Positions 46,683 to 56,619 of a stretch of 64,000 nucleotides of DNA are shown here, one piece after another. The position numbers were made by a program, and so were the translations under genes. Position 1 is the stretch's first letter, and each line of letters begins with the position of its first letter. Location: positions 62,001 to 126,000 of IMG/VR virus record IMGVR_UViG_3300043464_001630, one strand, 5' to 3'. The notes beneath the pieces were generated by a model that was not told the origin of the DNA, did no database searches, and saw only the letters and a program-made list of their open reading frames with translations.

Positions 46683-47243
46683 CTAATTTCCGAACGCAAT
46701 CCAGTATACGTTAACATTCACCGCATTGCCATTACCTGCATTTGTGTATGGAGTAGCACCGGACAATGTGAATGTTACACCAGACCCGACGCCTATGCCC
46801 CCGTATGGTACGGGTGTAATGTTAACAGACCAACACGCATTAGGAAATGGAATTGGAAACGAAAATGCAGTACCTCCTGTGCCAGTACCCCATTGCATTA
46901 ATATTCCATTTGGAAGATATGTGTAACCTTTAGCTGATAAAGAAGCAGTGAATCCTTGTGCTGATAAACTACTAGCCATCCATGTACTAGTAGATCCATT
47001 ATAAGTTAATACTTGACCATTAGTAGCACTATCTGGCTTTTTAATGAAATTAGATGATAACTTCTGAATTACGGTATCTCCTGTTAAACTATTGGTAATA
47101 GAAGAACTTACTGTTTGAGAAATTGTATCAGATACTGTGCTAAAAGAAACTGTACTCGTAGTTCCTATATGATTAATTAAAAATGCATCACCACCTGCGA
47201 GTGTTGTTGTTACTGGAAATTCTGAAATCTTCTTGTTAGCCAT
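46683..47243 (-). CDS. Short tail-fibre-like protein with gp53-like C-terminal domain
   Basis: GYTYLPNGILMQWG...FPIPFPNAC...YWIAFG; N-terminal KKISEFP module; TAAATA-N6. Confidence 0.8.
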   Translation of the reverse strand: MANKKISEFPVTTTLAGGDAFLINHIGTTSTVSFSTVSDTISQTVSSSITNSLTGDTVIQKLSSNFIKKPDSATNGQVLTYNGSTSTWMASSLSAQGFTASLSAKGYTYLPNGILMQWGTGTGGTAFSFPIPFPNACWSVNITPVPYGGIGVGSGVTFTLSGATPYTNAGNGNAVNVNVYWIAFGN

Positions 47244-47315
47244 AAAAACTATTTATATTTTTTTGTAAATTTTCTCTTCTTGAATAATTAGATATTTTTC
47301 ATAACTAAACTGTAA

Positions 47316-48524
47316 ATGATCCCGACATTTACTCCTCCGAAACCTTTTCAGAGTTTCAGTCCAATTACTCCGATTTCTCAACCGCAACAACAGGTTCAGA
47401 AAGAAAAGCCACCAGAAGCACAACTTCCACGAATTGTACAGTACGGAGCTGATACTAGCGGTTGTGGATTGTATCGTCTAGGATGGGTAAACCATCTTCT
47501 TAATTATCAAGGAAAAGCTATGGTATGTGACAGTACTGTAATGGTCACAGATCCTCGTTTTTATCACAACGTAAAGAGCATTCGTCTACAACGCCAAGCC
47601 TTGAATGCACAAAGAGATTTCGTAAAATTTCTAAAAAGTATTCAAAAAGATTGTGGTTTTAAGCTTATTTACGAAGTAGATGATGTCGTATTCCGCGAAG
47701 ATATTCCAGATTATAATAAGTTTAAATCTGCTTTCGTATCAGATGAAATTCGCAATAATATCGTAGAGATCATTAATTTATGTGATGAAGTTAGTGTTAC
47801 TTGTGATTTTATGAAAGAACTTTACCAGATGCGTACTGGTAAGAAAGAAATCACAGTGATTCCCAATTTTCCCGCTAAATTCTGGATTGGTAATTTTTAT
47901 AATCAAGATCGAATCACATCCTTATACGAAAAGAATAAGAAGAAGCCTCGTATTCTTTATGCTGGAAGTGGAGCACATTTTGATGTAGAAAATCGAACAG
48001 GACAAAAAGATGACTTCGAACATGTAATCAAATCTATCATTGATAGCAGAAAGAAGTATCAATGGGTGTTTATGGGTGCGTTTCCTCTGGCATTACGTCC
48101 ATATATCGAAAATGGCGACATTGAATTTCATCCTTGGCAGAGACTTTACAATTATCCACAAAAGATTCATGATCTTGGAGTACAAATGACTGTAGCTCCT
48201 CTTCAGGATAATGCATTCAATAAGGCAAAGAGTGATTTGAAATATATCGAAGCATGTGCTTACGGACTTCCTGCGGCATGTCAGAATATTCGTACATACG
48301 AAAACGCTGAGATCAAGTTCAATAACGGGGATGAAATGATGGAGTGTATCGCAAAAGAAATGAAGAGTGGATGGGATTACAAGAAGAATGCACCAAAACG
48401 CCGACTTGTAGCAGAAGATAGATTCATGGAATTAGATAAAAATTTAGGATGTTATGAAGAATTATTCACAACTCCTTACGGAGATCCGAAGCGTGTGAAT
48501 CTTGGACGCTACAACAAGGTTTAG
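47316..48524 (+). CDS. GT-B-like glycosyltransferase
   Basis: SGCG.YRL, YEVDDVVF, VIPN, VAPLQDN.FNKAKSDLKYIEA.AYG. Confidence 0.7.
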   Translation: MIPTFTPPKPFQSFSPITPISQPQQQVQKEKPPEAQLPRIVQYGADTSGCGLYRLGWVNHLLNYQGKAMVCDSTVMVTDPRFYHNVKSIRLQRQALNAQRDFVKFLKSIQKDCGFKLIYEVDDVVFREDIPDYNKFKSAFVSDEIRNNIVEIINLCDEVSVTCDFMKELYQMRTGKKEITVIPNFPAKFWIGNFYNQDRITSLYEKNKKKPRILYAGSGAHFDVENRTGQKDDFEHVIKSIIDSRKKYQWVFMGAFPLALRPYIENGDIEFHPWQRLYNYPQKIHDLGVQMTVAPLQDNAFNKAKSDLKYIEACAYGLPAACQNIRTYENAEIKFNNGDEMMECIAKEMKSGWDYKKNAPKRRLVAEDRFMELDKNLGCYEELFTTPYGDPKRVNLGRYNKV

Positions 48525-48526
48525 GC

Positions 48527-48555
48527 TTGATTAGTGTGTGTATGTTTGGTAGTTT
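48527..48555 (+). promoter_or_regulatory. sigma70-type promoter of DNA polymerase
   Basis: TTGATT-N17-TAGTTT, 6 nt before ATG 48562. Confidence 0.6.
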
Positions 48556-48561
48556 GAGTAG

Positions 48562-51123
48562 ATGTTTGGGTACAGAAACGCAGTATACGATTACAAGAAT
48601 AAAGCAGTAGACATATACACTTGGGCGGAGGACGGCACTCGAATTATGACTTCAGTCGAGTGCCGTCCTTATTTTTATTACGAAGATAATTACGGAAACG
48701 AAACCAGCATTTTTGATTCATCTGTATCTAAAAGGTCATTTGAAACAGTTTTTGATAAACATAAATTTATCAAAGAACGAGGGCTGAGAAGATTATTTGA
48801 TAACTTTAATCCAGTACAACAAGTACTGATTGATACTTTTTGGAACTATAACGACACAGAAGATTTTACTAAATTTCCACTTAAAATTCATTTCGTAGAC
48901 ATTGAAGCAGTAGGTCAAAATGGATTTTCGTCTCCAGACGATCCGAATGATGAAATTAATGTAATCACAATTTACGATTCATTAAAGAAGAAATTTTATG
49001 TATGGGGTACTGAACCATACACTCCATCACAAAGTGACGTTAAGTACTTTTATTGTGGAGCAGAGCACGTACTTTTAGATAAATTTGTAGATTTCCTCAA
49101 GAAAGATCCGCCAGATATTTTATCAGGATGGTCATCTAGCGGATACGATATCCCATATATTGTTAACAGAGTAGAGCGTGTCTTAGGAAAAGACAGAGCA
49201 GACGAACTTTCACCGTACGGAAGAAGGTATACCAAACAAGTATTAGGAAAATTCGGAAAAATGAATACCATTCATCATCTAGAGGGTATTTCTTCTGTGG
49301 ATTACATGGACATTTATAAAAAGTTTTGTCCTAAAAATCGAGAGAGTTATAAACTAGATTACATCGGTCAAGTTGAATTAGACGAAACGAAAGTAGACTA
49401 CGGAGACATGAGTCTTTACGAATTCATGACATCTGATTGGAATACATTCGTGGATTATAACATTCAGGACGTTCGTCTTTTGGTTAAACTAGAAGAAAGA
49501 TTACAATATATTGAATTGCTTAGAATGTTGGCATACATGGGATGTAGTACATTCGAATCTGCACTAGGAACCGTGAGTGTAGTTACAGGAGCCGCTGGTA
49601 TCGAAGCGAAGAAAAGAAATCAAAAGTTATTCACAAACGTAGTAGATGATCAAGAAGTAAGAGACTTCGAAGGAGGTTATGTAGCAGATCCTATTTCTGG
49701 TCACCATAGTGGGATTGTAACGTTTGATGCAAACTCGTTGTATCCTAATACAATGATTACATTAAACACTTCACCAGAAACAAAAGTAGGAAAAATACTA
49801 GAAATAGAAAAAGATAAAATAACAATCAGAAATGTAGACGGAATTATCGTAGACATGAAGAATCGGGAATTTAACGATTTTATTAGAAAAGAAAGAATAA
49901 CCATTTCTAGATCTAAAGTATTATTTTCACAGAAGAAAAGAGGAATTCTTCCAGACATGGTTGATAAATTTTACAAAAAGCGTGTTGAGATAAGATCTGT
50001 GTTAAAGCAATTAAAATTGGATATTAAAAATGCCGACAAAGAAAATAAGAAAAAGTTAAAAATCCGTATCAATCAATTAGATACGAAGCAACAATCTATC
50101 AAGTTGGCACTTAATTCTGTGTACGGATCTACTGGAAATAAATATTGCCCCATTGGAGATGCAGATATTGCAGAATCTATTACATTAACTGGGCAAGCAG
50201 TAATTAAACAAGCAAGAGAAATTTATAAAAATTACATCAGAGAAAACACAAACATCACTGACGAAGCAACAATAGAAAGTGGATTGATTTTCGGTGATAC
50301 AGACAGTTTAGGAGTGTTAATTACTCCATTGGTAAAACAATTTTCAGTAGATGGTAAGATAACAAAAGAAACTTACGAAGCTGCTGAAAAGTTACAAACT
50401 TATATCAACGACAACATCAATAAGTGGGCAGTAAAAACACTGAATACGAATGATTGTAGATTTGAATTTAAGCGTGAACTGATGTGTGATGCCGCTATTT
50501 TCTTAGAAAAGAAGCGTTACGTTTTTCATGTTTTAGATAAAGAAGGAATTCCATGTGATGATTGGAAATACACTGGAATTGAATTGGTTAGAACAACAAT
50601 GCCAAAAGCTATTAAGCCATATGTAGAAAAAATCATTCAAAGTATGGTGATGACTAAATCTGAAAAATTAGTAAATGACATTTTCCGCGAGGCATACGAA
50701 GAGTTCGTTAAAATGGATATTCCAGAAATATCTTTGTTATCAGGAATACGAAACATGGAAAAATACGAAGCAAAATCCGAAGGATTCAAAACTGCTAAAG
50801 GTATGCCTTGTCATGTAAAAGCTGCTTATTATTACAATTTATTACTAGATGAGCTTGGATTGGATAAGAAATATGAAAAGATAACCAGCGGCGACAAAAT
50901 CAAATATTTCTATACAGAAAAACCAAATGTTTATTCTATAGATGCAATTGCTTTTAAGAATAAGTATCCCACAGAATTCAATGATTTATTAAAACCAGAC
51001 ATGTATGTTATGTTTGAAAAAGATATGTACAAATGTGTAGAGCGTTTTTATAACATCATGAATTGGGTTCCTAGAAAGCCAACAGAACAATTGGTTATAA
51101 CATTAGATGAACTTTTTAGTTGA
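48562..51123 (+). CDS. gp43: Family B DNA polymerase
   Basis: Exo motifs DIE, GWSS.GYDIPY, DYNIQDV; pol motifs DANSLYP, KLALNSVYG, GDTDS, KKRY. Confidence 0.98.
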   Translation: MFGYRNAVYDYKNKAVDIYTWAEDGTRIMTSVECRPYFYYEDNYGNETSIFDSSVSKRSFETVFDKHKFIKERGLRRLFDNFNPVQQVLIDTFWNYNDTEDFTKFPLKIHFVDIEAVGQNGFSSPDDPNDEINVITIYDSLKKKFYVWGTEPYTPSQSDVKYFYCGAEHVLLDKFVDFLKKDPPDILSGWSSSGYDIPYIVNRVERVLGKDRADELSPYGRRYTKQVLGKFGKMNTIHHLEGISSVDYMDIYKKFCPKNRESYKLDYIGQVELDETKVDYGDMSLYEFMTSDWNTFVDYNIQDVRLLVKLEERLQYIELLRMLAYMGCSTFESALGTVSVVTGAAGIEAKKRNQKLFTNVVDDQEVRDFEGGYVADPISGHHSGIVTFDANSLYPNTMITLNTSPETKVGKILEIEKDKITIRNVDGIIVDMKNREFNDFIRKERITISRSKVLFSQKKRGILPDMVDKFYKKRVEIRSVLKQLKLDIKNADKENKKKLKIRINQLDTKQQSIKLALNSVYGSTGNKYCPIGDADIAESITLTGQAVIKQAREIYKNYIRENTNITDEATIESGLIFGDTDSLGVLITPLVKQFSVDGKITKETYEAAEKLQTYINDNINKWAVKTLNTNDCRFEFKRELMCDAAIFLEKKRYVFHVLDKEGIPCDDWKYTGIELVRTTMPKAIKPYVEKIIQSMVMTKSEKLVNDIFREAYEEFVKMDIPEISLLSGIRNMEKYEAKSEGFKTAKGMPCHVKAAYYYNLLLDELGLDKKYEKITSGDKIKYFYTEKPNVYSIDAIAFKNKYPTEFNDLLKPDMYVMFEKDMYKCVERFYNIMNWVPRKPTEQLVITLDELFS

Positions 51124-51157
51124 TAAGTAATAAGTTTTTGTTAGAATAATAACTGAC

Positions 51158-51499
51158 ATGAAAATCACTACATTCATCGATTCAATCGGACGAACTATTA
51201 TTGCTGACGAAGTTAAGACCGAAAATGGTCTCTTGTCTGTAAAGAATCCTGCTATGGTTAATGTTGTTCAAGCCCAAAACGGACAACTACAAGTTCAACT
51301 AATTCCATTATTCTTTGCTGAATTCATTGATCCTACCACACGAAATGAAGGAACAACTTGGCATTATAATACACAAAATATCACACGAGGTTCTGTAACT
51401 TTTGATCAGAAGCTTGTGGAACAATATACACGAGTGTTTAATCCTGCCGCAGCAGCTCCTCCACAAGAAGCTCCAGTAATTAAGCTATTTGAAGATTAG
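51158..51499 (+). CDS. Hypothetical small beta-rich protein
   Basis: 113-aa ORF with sigma70-type promoter and downstream terminator. Confidence 0.75.
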   Translation: MKITTFIDSIGRTIIADEVKTENGLLSVKNPAMVNVVQAQNGQLQVQLIPLFFAEFIDPTTRNEGTTWHYNTQNITRGSVTFDQKLVEQYTRVFNPAAAAPPQEAPVIKLFED

Positions 51500-51516
51500 A
51501 AAATAGTTGAATCCAT

Positions 51517-51550
51517 AAAAAGCCACCAACTAAAAATTGGTGGCTTTTTT
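51517..51550 (+). terminator. Intrinsic terminator (bidirectional shape)
   Basis: AAAAAGCCACCAA-CTAAAAA-TTGGTGGCTTTTTT. Confidence 0.88.
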
Positions 51551-51589
51551 GTTTTGCATTTTCATAATTAACTGTTATTATAAAATTCC

Positions 51590-52699
51590 ATGGATAAAGA
51601 CATCTTAAAGACATTAGAAATTTTAGAAGAAGGAAACCCGTTCGCTACTTTTTTGAACGAGTCTAGCATGAGTAGGGTTGATACTTGGATTGATACTGGT
51701 TCGTATGTACTCAATGGTATCATGAGCGGAAAGTTAAGAGACGGAGGAGTGCCTATGGGTCGGGTGACCATGTTGTATGGCGAATCACAAACTGGAAAAA
51801 GTCTTTTCATTCAAAAGATTCTAGCAAATGCACAAAAGAAAGGACTCACTGCTGTTATTTTTGACACAGAAAATGCGATTGATGCAGAGAGTGCTGAACG
51901 TCTTGGGCTAGATACAACGAAAGTTAAGTACGTTCCAGTTTTCAATATCGAACAATGTCGAAACAGTATTCATAAGTTCTTAACAGCAGTAAAAGAAAAC
52001 AATCTAGAAGGAAAGTTTATTATTGCTATTGATTCTTTGGGTAACCTACAAAGTTCGATGGAAAATGCACGAATTGAAAAAGATTCTACTTCTGTAGACA
52101 TGGGTACACGTGCCAGAGCAATTAAGTCTTTGATGCAAACTTGCACTCAATTAGCAGCGATTACAAAGACTGGTATTGTGATTACAAATCATATTTACGA
52201 TAATCCCGGCGACATGCATCCTTCTTTAATCAAGACAATGAGCGGAGGAAAGAGTGTTGTATACATGCCAAGTCTTTCTGTTCAGCTTTCTAGGAAGCCA
52301 GTAAAAGAAGATGAAATTAAATCAGAAACTGGTTCTATTGCAGCATTACAAAAGAATTACGTAGGCATTCTACTAAGAGCACTAATTTCGAAGAATCGCT
52401 TTATTAAGCAATATTTACAAGGAGAAATTTATTTGTCTTTCAATACTGGAGTAGATAAGTATTATGGATTATTAGAATTAGCAGTAGGTTTAAATGTTCT
52501 GCAACAGACTGGATCTACTTACGTGTTTAATGGAGAAAAGATTGGATACGCAAAGACATTCATTAATGATTCCTCATTTTGGGAAGAAAAGATCATTCCT
52601 CTCTTAGAAACACGAGTTAAAGAAGAATGGGTATATTCCGCAGCACAACACGCAGAAATTAAGAAAATGGAATTAGAAGCAGAAAACGAAGAAATTTAA
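51590..52699 (+). CDS. uvsX: RecA-like recombinase
   Basis: IDTGSYVLN, YGESQTGKS, FDTENA, IDSLGNL, TNH.Y, GG. Confidence 0.95.
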   Translation: MDKDILKTLEILEEGNPFATFLNESSMSRVDTWIDTGSYVLNGIMSGKLRDGGVPMGRVTMLYGESQTGKSLFIQKILANAQKKGLTAVIFDTENAIDAESAERLGLDTTKVKYVPVFNIEQCRNSIHKFLTAVKENNLEGKFIIAIDSLGNLQSSMENARIEKDSTSVDMGTRARAIKSLMQTCTQLAAITKTGIVITNHIYDNPGDMHPSLIKTMSGGKSVVYMPSLSVQLSRKPVKEDEIKSETGSIAALQKNYVGILLRALISKNRFIKQYLQGEIYLSFNTGVDKYYGLLELAVGLNVLQQTGSTYVFNGEKIGYAKTFINDSSFWEEKIIPLLETRVKEEWVYSAAQHAEIKKMELEAENEEI

Positions 52700-52701
52700 T
52701 T

Positions 52702-52926
52702 ATGAACACAATCAGTAACATCACATCATTATTGTTCCACGAATTTTCAAAAACTGGAAAGACCGTGGCAATTCATACGGAAAATAACTATCTAGTACTA
52801 AAAGTCGGAGATTCTGATACTAGGATCATGAATTGGGAAGGCATGACTCCTCAGTCTATTTTAGAAATCGCTAAGAGTTTAGTGATTCAAGAAACTTATA
52901 AAGGAAACGTTCTACTGCACGGCTAG
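52702..52926 (+). CDS. Hypothetical protein
   Basis: 74-aa ORF 2 nt after uvsX. Confidence 0.65.
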   Translation: MNTISNITSLLFHEFSKTGKTVAIHTENNYLVLKVGDSDTRIMNWEGMTPQSILEIAKSLVIQETYKGNVLLHG

Positions 52927-52945
52927 TGAACTAGTCGTATAAATT

Positions 52946-52979
52946 AAAAAAGCCACCAGTAATTTGGTGGCTTTTTTTT
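52946..52979. terminator. Bidirectional terminator between convergent genes
   Basis: AAAAAAGCCACCA-GTAATT-TGGTGGCTTTTTTTT. Confidence 0.88.
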
Positions 52980-52997
52980 GTTTTAAATTTAAATTTT

Positions 52998-53771
52998 TTA
53001 GTAGTTACGGTATTTTTCTTCTTGTTTAAATTTATGCTGGCGAGATTTAATATAATTTTCTTGTAATAGTTTTGTTACTTGTTCTTTTGATAATTTTACG
53101 TTTTCTTTTGCTATTTCTTTCGGATGATATACTTTCTTGATATTATTTTTTGCATATCCAGCATAAAAAGGTGATTGGCGAGTTTCACATCCGCATGTTT
53201 TGACTTCTTCGGCATCTTCTTCCTCTGATTCTTCGTCGTCTGATTCGTATCCTTCTTCGTCTTCGTAGTCGTGTTCTTCGTCTTCTTGTTGTTCGCCAGA
53301 AAATTCCATTTCCAAATCATCATCTTCTGATTTGATAGGAGTAGCATTAATTATTACTGCGGTCGGTGCTGATTCTTCGGTTTCGTCATCGTAAAAATCT
53401 TCGAAATCGTCGTCATCGTCGCTAGAATCTGAAGGAAGTCCGCTATCCATTACATCAGACATTTCACCTTCATCTTCTTGGCGAGAATTAGCAATTCCAT
53501 CTTTTAACTCAGGAATGAATTTATTTCTAGTGATAGATTCTGAATTTGCAATTCTGATGATATCTTCGTCAGTTACTTCGTTGATATCATAATCTTCTCC
53601 TAATTCTTCTCTGAGAGTATCTGCGATTTTACCAACTACATAAGTAGGAGAATTACCAAGAGAAGTTCTTTTAAATAAATTAGCAATTCGTTGCTTTAAT
53701 CCATCTGTATGAAGCAACCCTTCATTTATAATTTCTCTGTTAGCCCATCCTATGCGGTTTAAAATACTCAT
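52998..53771 (-). CDS. Acidic low-complexity late protein
   Basis: Long D/E tracts; N-terminal IINEG; TAAATA-N6. Confidence 0.75.
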   Translation of the reverse strand: MSILNRIGWANREIINEGLLHTDGLKQRIANLFKRTSLGNSPTYVVGKIADTLREELGEDYDINEVTDEDIIRIANSESITRNKFIPELKDGIANSRQEDEGEMSDVMDSGLPSDSSDDDDDFEDFYDDETEESAPTAVIINATPIKSEDDDLEMEFSGEQQEDEEHDYEDEEGYESDDEESEEEDAEEVKTCGCETRQSPFYAGYAKNNIKKVYHPKEIAKENVKLSKEQVTKLLQENYIKSRQHKFKQEEKYRNY

Positions 53772-53817
53772 ATTAACTATTTATTGATTTTTTGTTTATT
53801 TCTGTTAGATTATAAGT

Positions 53818-54501
53818 ATGTTTAAAGTAATATTAGTTTCTTGTACTAGGAAATCAAAAGAAGAAGCACAATCACTTCCATTGTATCGTTCTTATATGAA
53901 CGGATTACATTCTTCTCTTATAAAATTAGATATGGTCTGGGATAATTCAGAGGGTATGCCCACTGTTTATAATAGAAAGTTAGAAGAATACCGAAACAGT
54001 GATGCTGAATTTTTAGTGTTCGTACATGATGACGTTTATATCGATGATCTTAAATTGTACGAAAAGCTAACATTAGCTAAAAACAAGCTAAATTACGATA
54101 TAGTAGGACTAGCTGGTGGATTAAATCCTCGTCTAACAGAATTAGCATTATGGCATATCATGACAGAAAAGAATCAGCAAAGAGGAGAAGTAGCACATCC
54201 AGCAGGTAATCAAGGACAAACCATGACGACTGCGTTTGGGCCTACCCCTTCACGAGTAGCCATTGCTGATGGGCTATTTCTCGCAGCTCATCTACCTTCT
54301 ATTAATAAAACAAAATGGAAGTTTAACGAAAATTATAAATTTCATCATTATGATATAGCTAGTTGTATTGATGCCAATCGACTTAATTTAAAGATCGGTG
54401 TGTATCCGATTCATGTAATACATAGTTCACCGGGATTGTTATCTATACATGATAAGTCGTGGTCAGAAAGCAATTCTAAATTTCTACAAGAATACAGATA
54501 A
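53818..54501 (+). CDS. GT-A-like glycosyltransferase
   Basis: YN..L, LVFVHDDVYI, DIVGLAG, DGLFLA, FH.YDI..C. Confidence 0.7.
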   Translation: MFKVILVSCTRKSKEEAQSLPLYRSYMNGLHSSLIKLDMVWDNSEGMPTVYNRKLEEYRNSDAEFLVFVHDDVYIDDLKLYEKLTLAKNKLNYDIVGLAGGLNPRLTELALWHIMTEKNQQRGEVAHPAGNQGQTMTTAFGPTPSRVAIADGLFLAAHLPSINKTKWKFNENYKFHHYDIASCIDANRLNLKIGVYPIHVIHSSPGLLSIHDKSWSESNSKFLQEYR

Positions 54502-54540
54502 TGAAAATGGATTTATTTATTATTATAGATAAATCCATTC

Positions 54541-54930
54541 ATGAGTAATGATTTCGAAGAATCTGAAATTTCAAATGAAAATGTTCATAATTTTCTTTGC
54601 TTTTGTAGTTTAATTTGTTTGATCAATGGTAAGAAATTAAATCTTCCTAATATTTTTTTATTACTTTTGAATAATGATGCGTATAAAGCATTATTAAAAC
54701 ACATGCTAACAATAGACAACGATTTTGATCTATTTAAATTTTTCATTGATTACGAATCTTCTATTTCAAAAAGCAAATATATTTCAAAATATTTAAACTC
54801 GACACAAGGGATAAAAATTAAAAAAGATGTTTACGGATTTCGAAAAAGCGATTTACAACGCGCATCTAAAAGAGTCAAGAAGCGCAAAAAACCAGCCGTA
54901 CAAGCTACGAAAAGACTTCTCAAAAGTTAA
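54541..54930 (+). CDS. Hypothetical protein
   Basis: 129-aa ORF; last ~35 codons overlap the next gene. Confidence 0.6.
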   Translation: MSNDFEESEISNENVHNFLCFCSLICLINGKKLNLPNIFLLLLNNDAYKALLKHMLTIDNDFDLFKFFIDYESSISKSKYISKYLNSTQGIKIKKDVYGFRKSDLQRASKRVKKRKKPAVQATKRLLKS

Positions 54931-55123
54931 CAGCACGGTAACTCTGTCTTTAAAAAAACTTTCTGATTTCTTCACAAAGCATAAAGAAATCCGTCCGAAC
55001 GATTTCTTCAAAGCTCCGTATTTCGTTTATCCAGAAGGAGAAACGTTCGATTTGAAGTTCTACACAACACAGAAAGCAATATCTGTGTACAAAATCTTCG
55101 CAGAATCTCAAAAACCAAGTTGA
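54827..55123 (+). CDS. Hypothetical basic protein upstream of gp32
   Basis: 98-aa ORF; its position is the gp59 slot of many T4-like phages but the motif was not confirmed. Confidence 0.6.
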   Translation: MFTDFEKAIYNAHLKESRSAKNQPYKLRKDFSKVNSTVTLSLKKLSDFFTKHKEIRPNDFFKAPYFVYPEGETFDLKFYTTQKAISVYKIFAESQKPS

Positions 55124-55147
55124 CAGAGTCATATTCTCTGCTAATAT
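55120..55147 (+). promoter_or_regulatory. sigma70-type promoter of gp32
   Basis: TTGACA-N16-TAATAT with TG extended -10. Confidence 0.75.
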
Positions 55148-55227
55148 GGGCGCATCAACAAAGCACACAACGCGGTGTTGATAACAAAAACTAAACTAAA
55201 AATAAATTAACTAACCAACTAATTAAT

Positions 55228-56082
55228 ATGACATACAATCCATCAATGTTTCAATCAATTCGTGACGCAATCGCCAAGAGCGAAACCACAGGAGGAAATC
55301 CGCTTTATAAGGAAATTCTCAAGTTCAAGGTAGGAAACACATACGTTCTTCGTTTGCTTCCTAACATCAATACTCCTCAGAATACTTTCTATCACTTTTA
55401 CACACACGGTTGGAACAGCTTCACCACTGGTCAGTATGTTTCTACACTAAGTCTTCAGACAATCGGTCAGCCAGATCCTATCTCAAAGGAGCGTTATCGT
55501 CTTCTGAAGAATGGTACACTAGAAGAAAAGGCAAAGGCTGAAACTGTGAAGTGGCAAGAACAGTGGTACGTTAATGTCTACGTTGTGGATGATCCAGTAA
55601 ATCCAGAAAACAACGGAACAGTTAAGATCTTCCGATATGGTAAGATGCTCGATAAGATGATCAAGTCTGCTATCGAAGGTGACGATTCTGATGAATTCGG
55701 AGCACGAGTATTTGATCTTTCTCCTAATGGCGTTAACTTCAAGCTCAAGGTAGAAAAGCAAGGCGAATGGACTTCTTACAACAGCAGTCGCTTCACTTCT
55801 CCTGCGGATCTTGGTCTCTCTGAAGAACGGATCGAAGAAATCTACGGCAGTGTTCATGATCTGACTAGTGTTAATCAGATCAAGTCGGAGAGTGAAATTG
55901 TTGAAATGTGGAATACCCATTTCTTGGGAACTTCTACAGTAGAACAGAAGCCATCACTTCCAACTGTTGCTACTACTAACACTGCTCCAGCAGCAGCGAC
56001 CGCCTCTTCAAAAGAACCTCTTAACTCGAAAGAAGAGATTTCAGACGAAATGGTAGAAGAGCTACTGAAGGGTCTCAACTAA
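55228..56082 (+). CDS. gp32: Single-stranded DNA-binding protein
   Basis: LRLLP, YVNVYVVDDP.NPENNGTVKIFRYGK, VFDL...G.NFKLK, YNSSRF, acidic tail. Confidence 0.93.
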   Translation: MTYNPSMFQSIRDAIAKSETTGGNPLYKEILKFKVGNTYVLRLLPNINTPQNTFYHFYTHGWNSFTTGQYVSTLSLQTIGQPDPISKERYRLLKNGTLEEKAKAETVKWQEQWYVNVYVVDDPVNPENNGTVKIFRYGKMLDKMIKSAIEGDDSDEFGARVFDLSPNGVNFKLKVEKQGEWTSYNSSRFTSPADLGLSEERIEEIYGSVHDLTSVNQIKSESEIVEMWNTHFLGTSTVEQKPSLPTVATTNTAPAAATASSKEPLNSKEEISDEMVEELLKGLN

Positions 56083-56096
56083 GTTTCGAGAAACCT

Positions 56097-56131
56097 AAAA
56101 AGCCCCAAGTATAGAAAACTTGGGGCTTTTT
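56097..56131 (+). terminator. Intrinsic terminator after gp32
   Basis: AAAAAGCCCCAAGT-ATAGAAA-ACTTGGGGCTTTTT. Confidence 0.9.
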
Positions 56132-56151
56132 TCTAACTAAAAATAAATTAT

Positions 56152-56619
56152 ATGAACGATAACGAATACGATATCTCACCAGAAGAACTACAGAAAACTT
56201 TGATTGGATTTTTAGGACACACTTACAAAGAAGTGTCTCAATTTGACAGCAGGCTTGTGTCTCCTAATAATACATTGACTCCTAAGAAACAAGAGTTTCA
56301 GAATATAGCCAACAAAGTATTTCAAGAAGCACTAACACCGAATACGGGACAGATTCCAGTTGGAAATGTTCAGCACAATCCCGTACATAGTCAGCATATT
56401 CAACCGAATATTGCACATCAAAATCTCGTACAACCACAAATTCATCAGCAATTACAACACGATCCGAATCAATTAGAATTTTCGTTTGATAACAGTGTTA
56501 CTGCGTTAACAATCGATAAGAAGTTAACTGATATCGAAAACCGTCTTAAAAAGCTAGACATCGCACTATCAAAAGTGTTAGGATTGTTAGATCAAAATGA
56601 TATTACGAATCTTAAATAA
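56152..56619 (+). CDS. Hypothetical Gln/His-rich protein with C-terminal coiled coil
   Basis: 155-aa ORF; QLEFSF motif resembles a clamp-binding peptide. Confidence 0.7.
   Translation: MNDNEYDISPEELQKTLIGFLGHTYKEVSQFDSRLVSPNNTLTPKKQEFQNIANKVFQEALTPNTGQIPVGNVQHNPVHSQHIQPNIAHQNLVQPQIHQQLQHDPNQLEFSFDNSVTALTIDKKLTDIENRLKKLDIALSKVLGLLDQNDITNLK

Noticed and set aside
48562-51123. Split or intron/intein-containing DNA polymerase
   Set aside because: Single continuous 853-aa ORF with normally spaced motifs
54950-55168. 72-aa minus-strand ORF over the gp32 promoter
   Set aside because: Antisense to a plus-strand gene and its promoter; no supporting start signal
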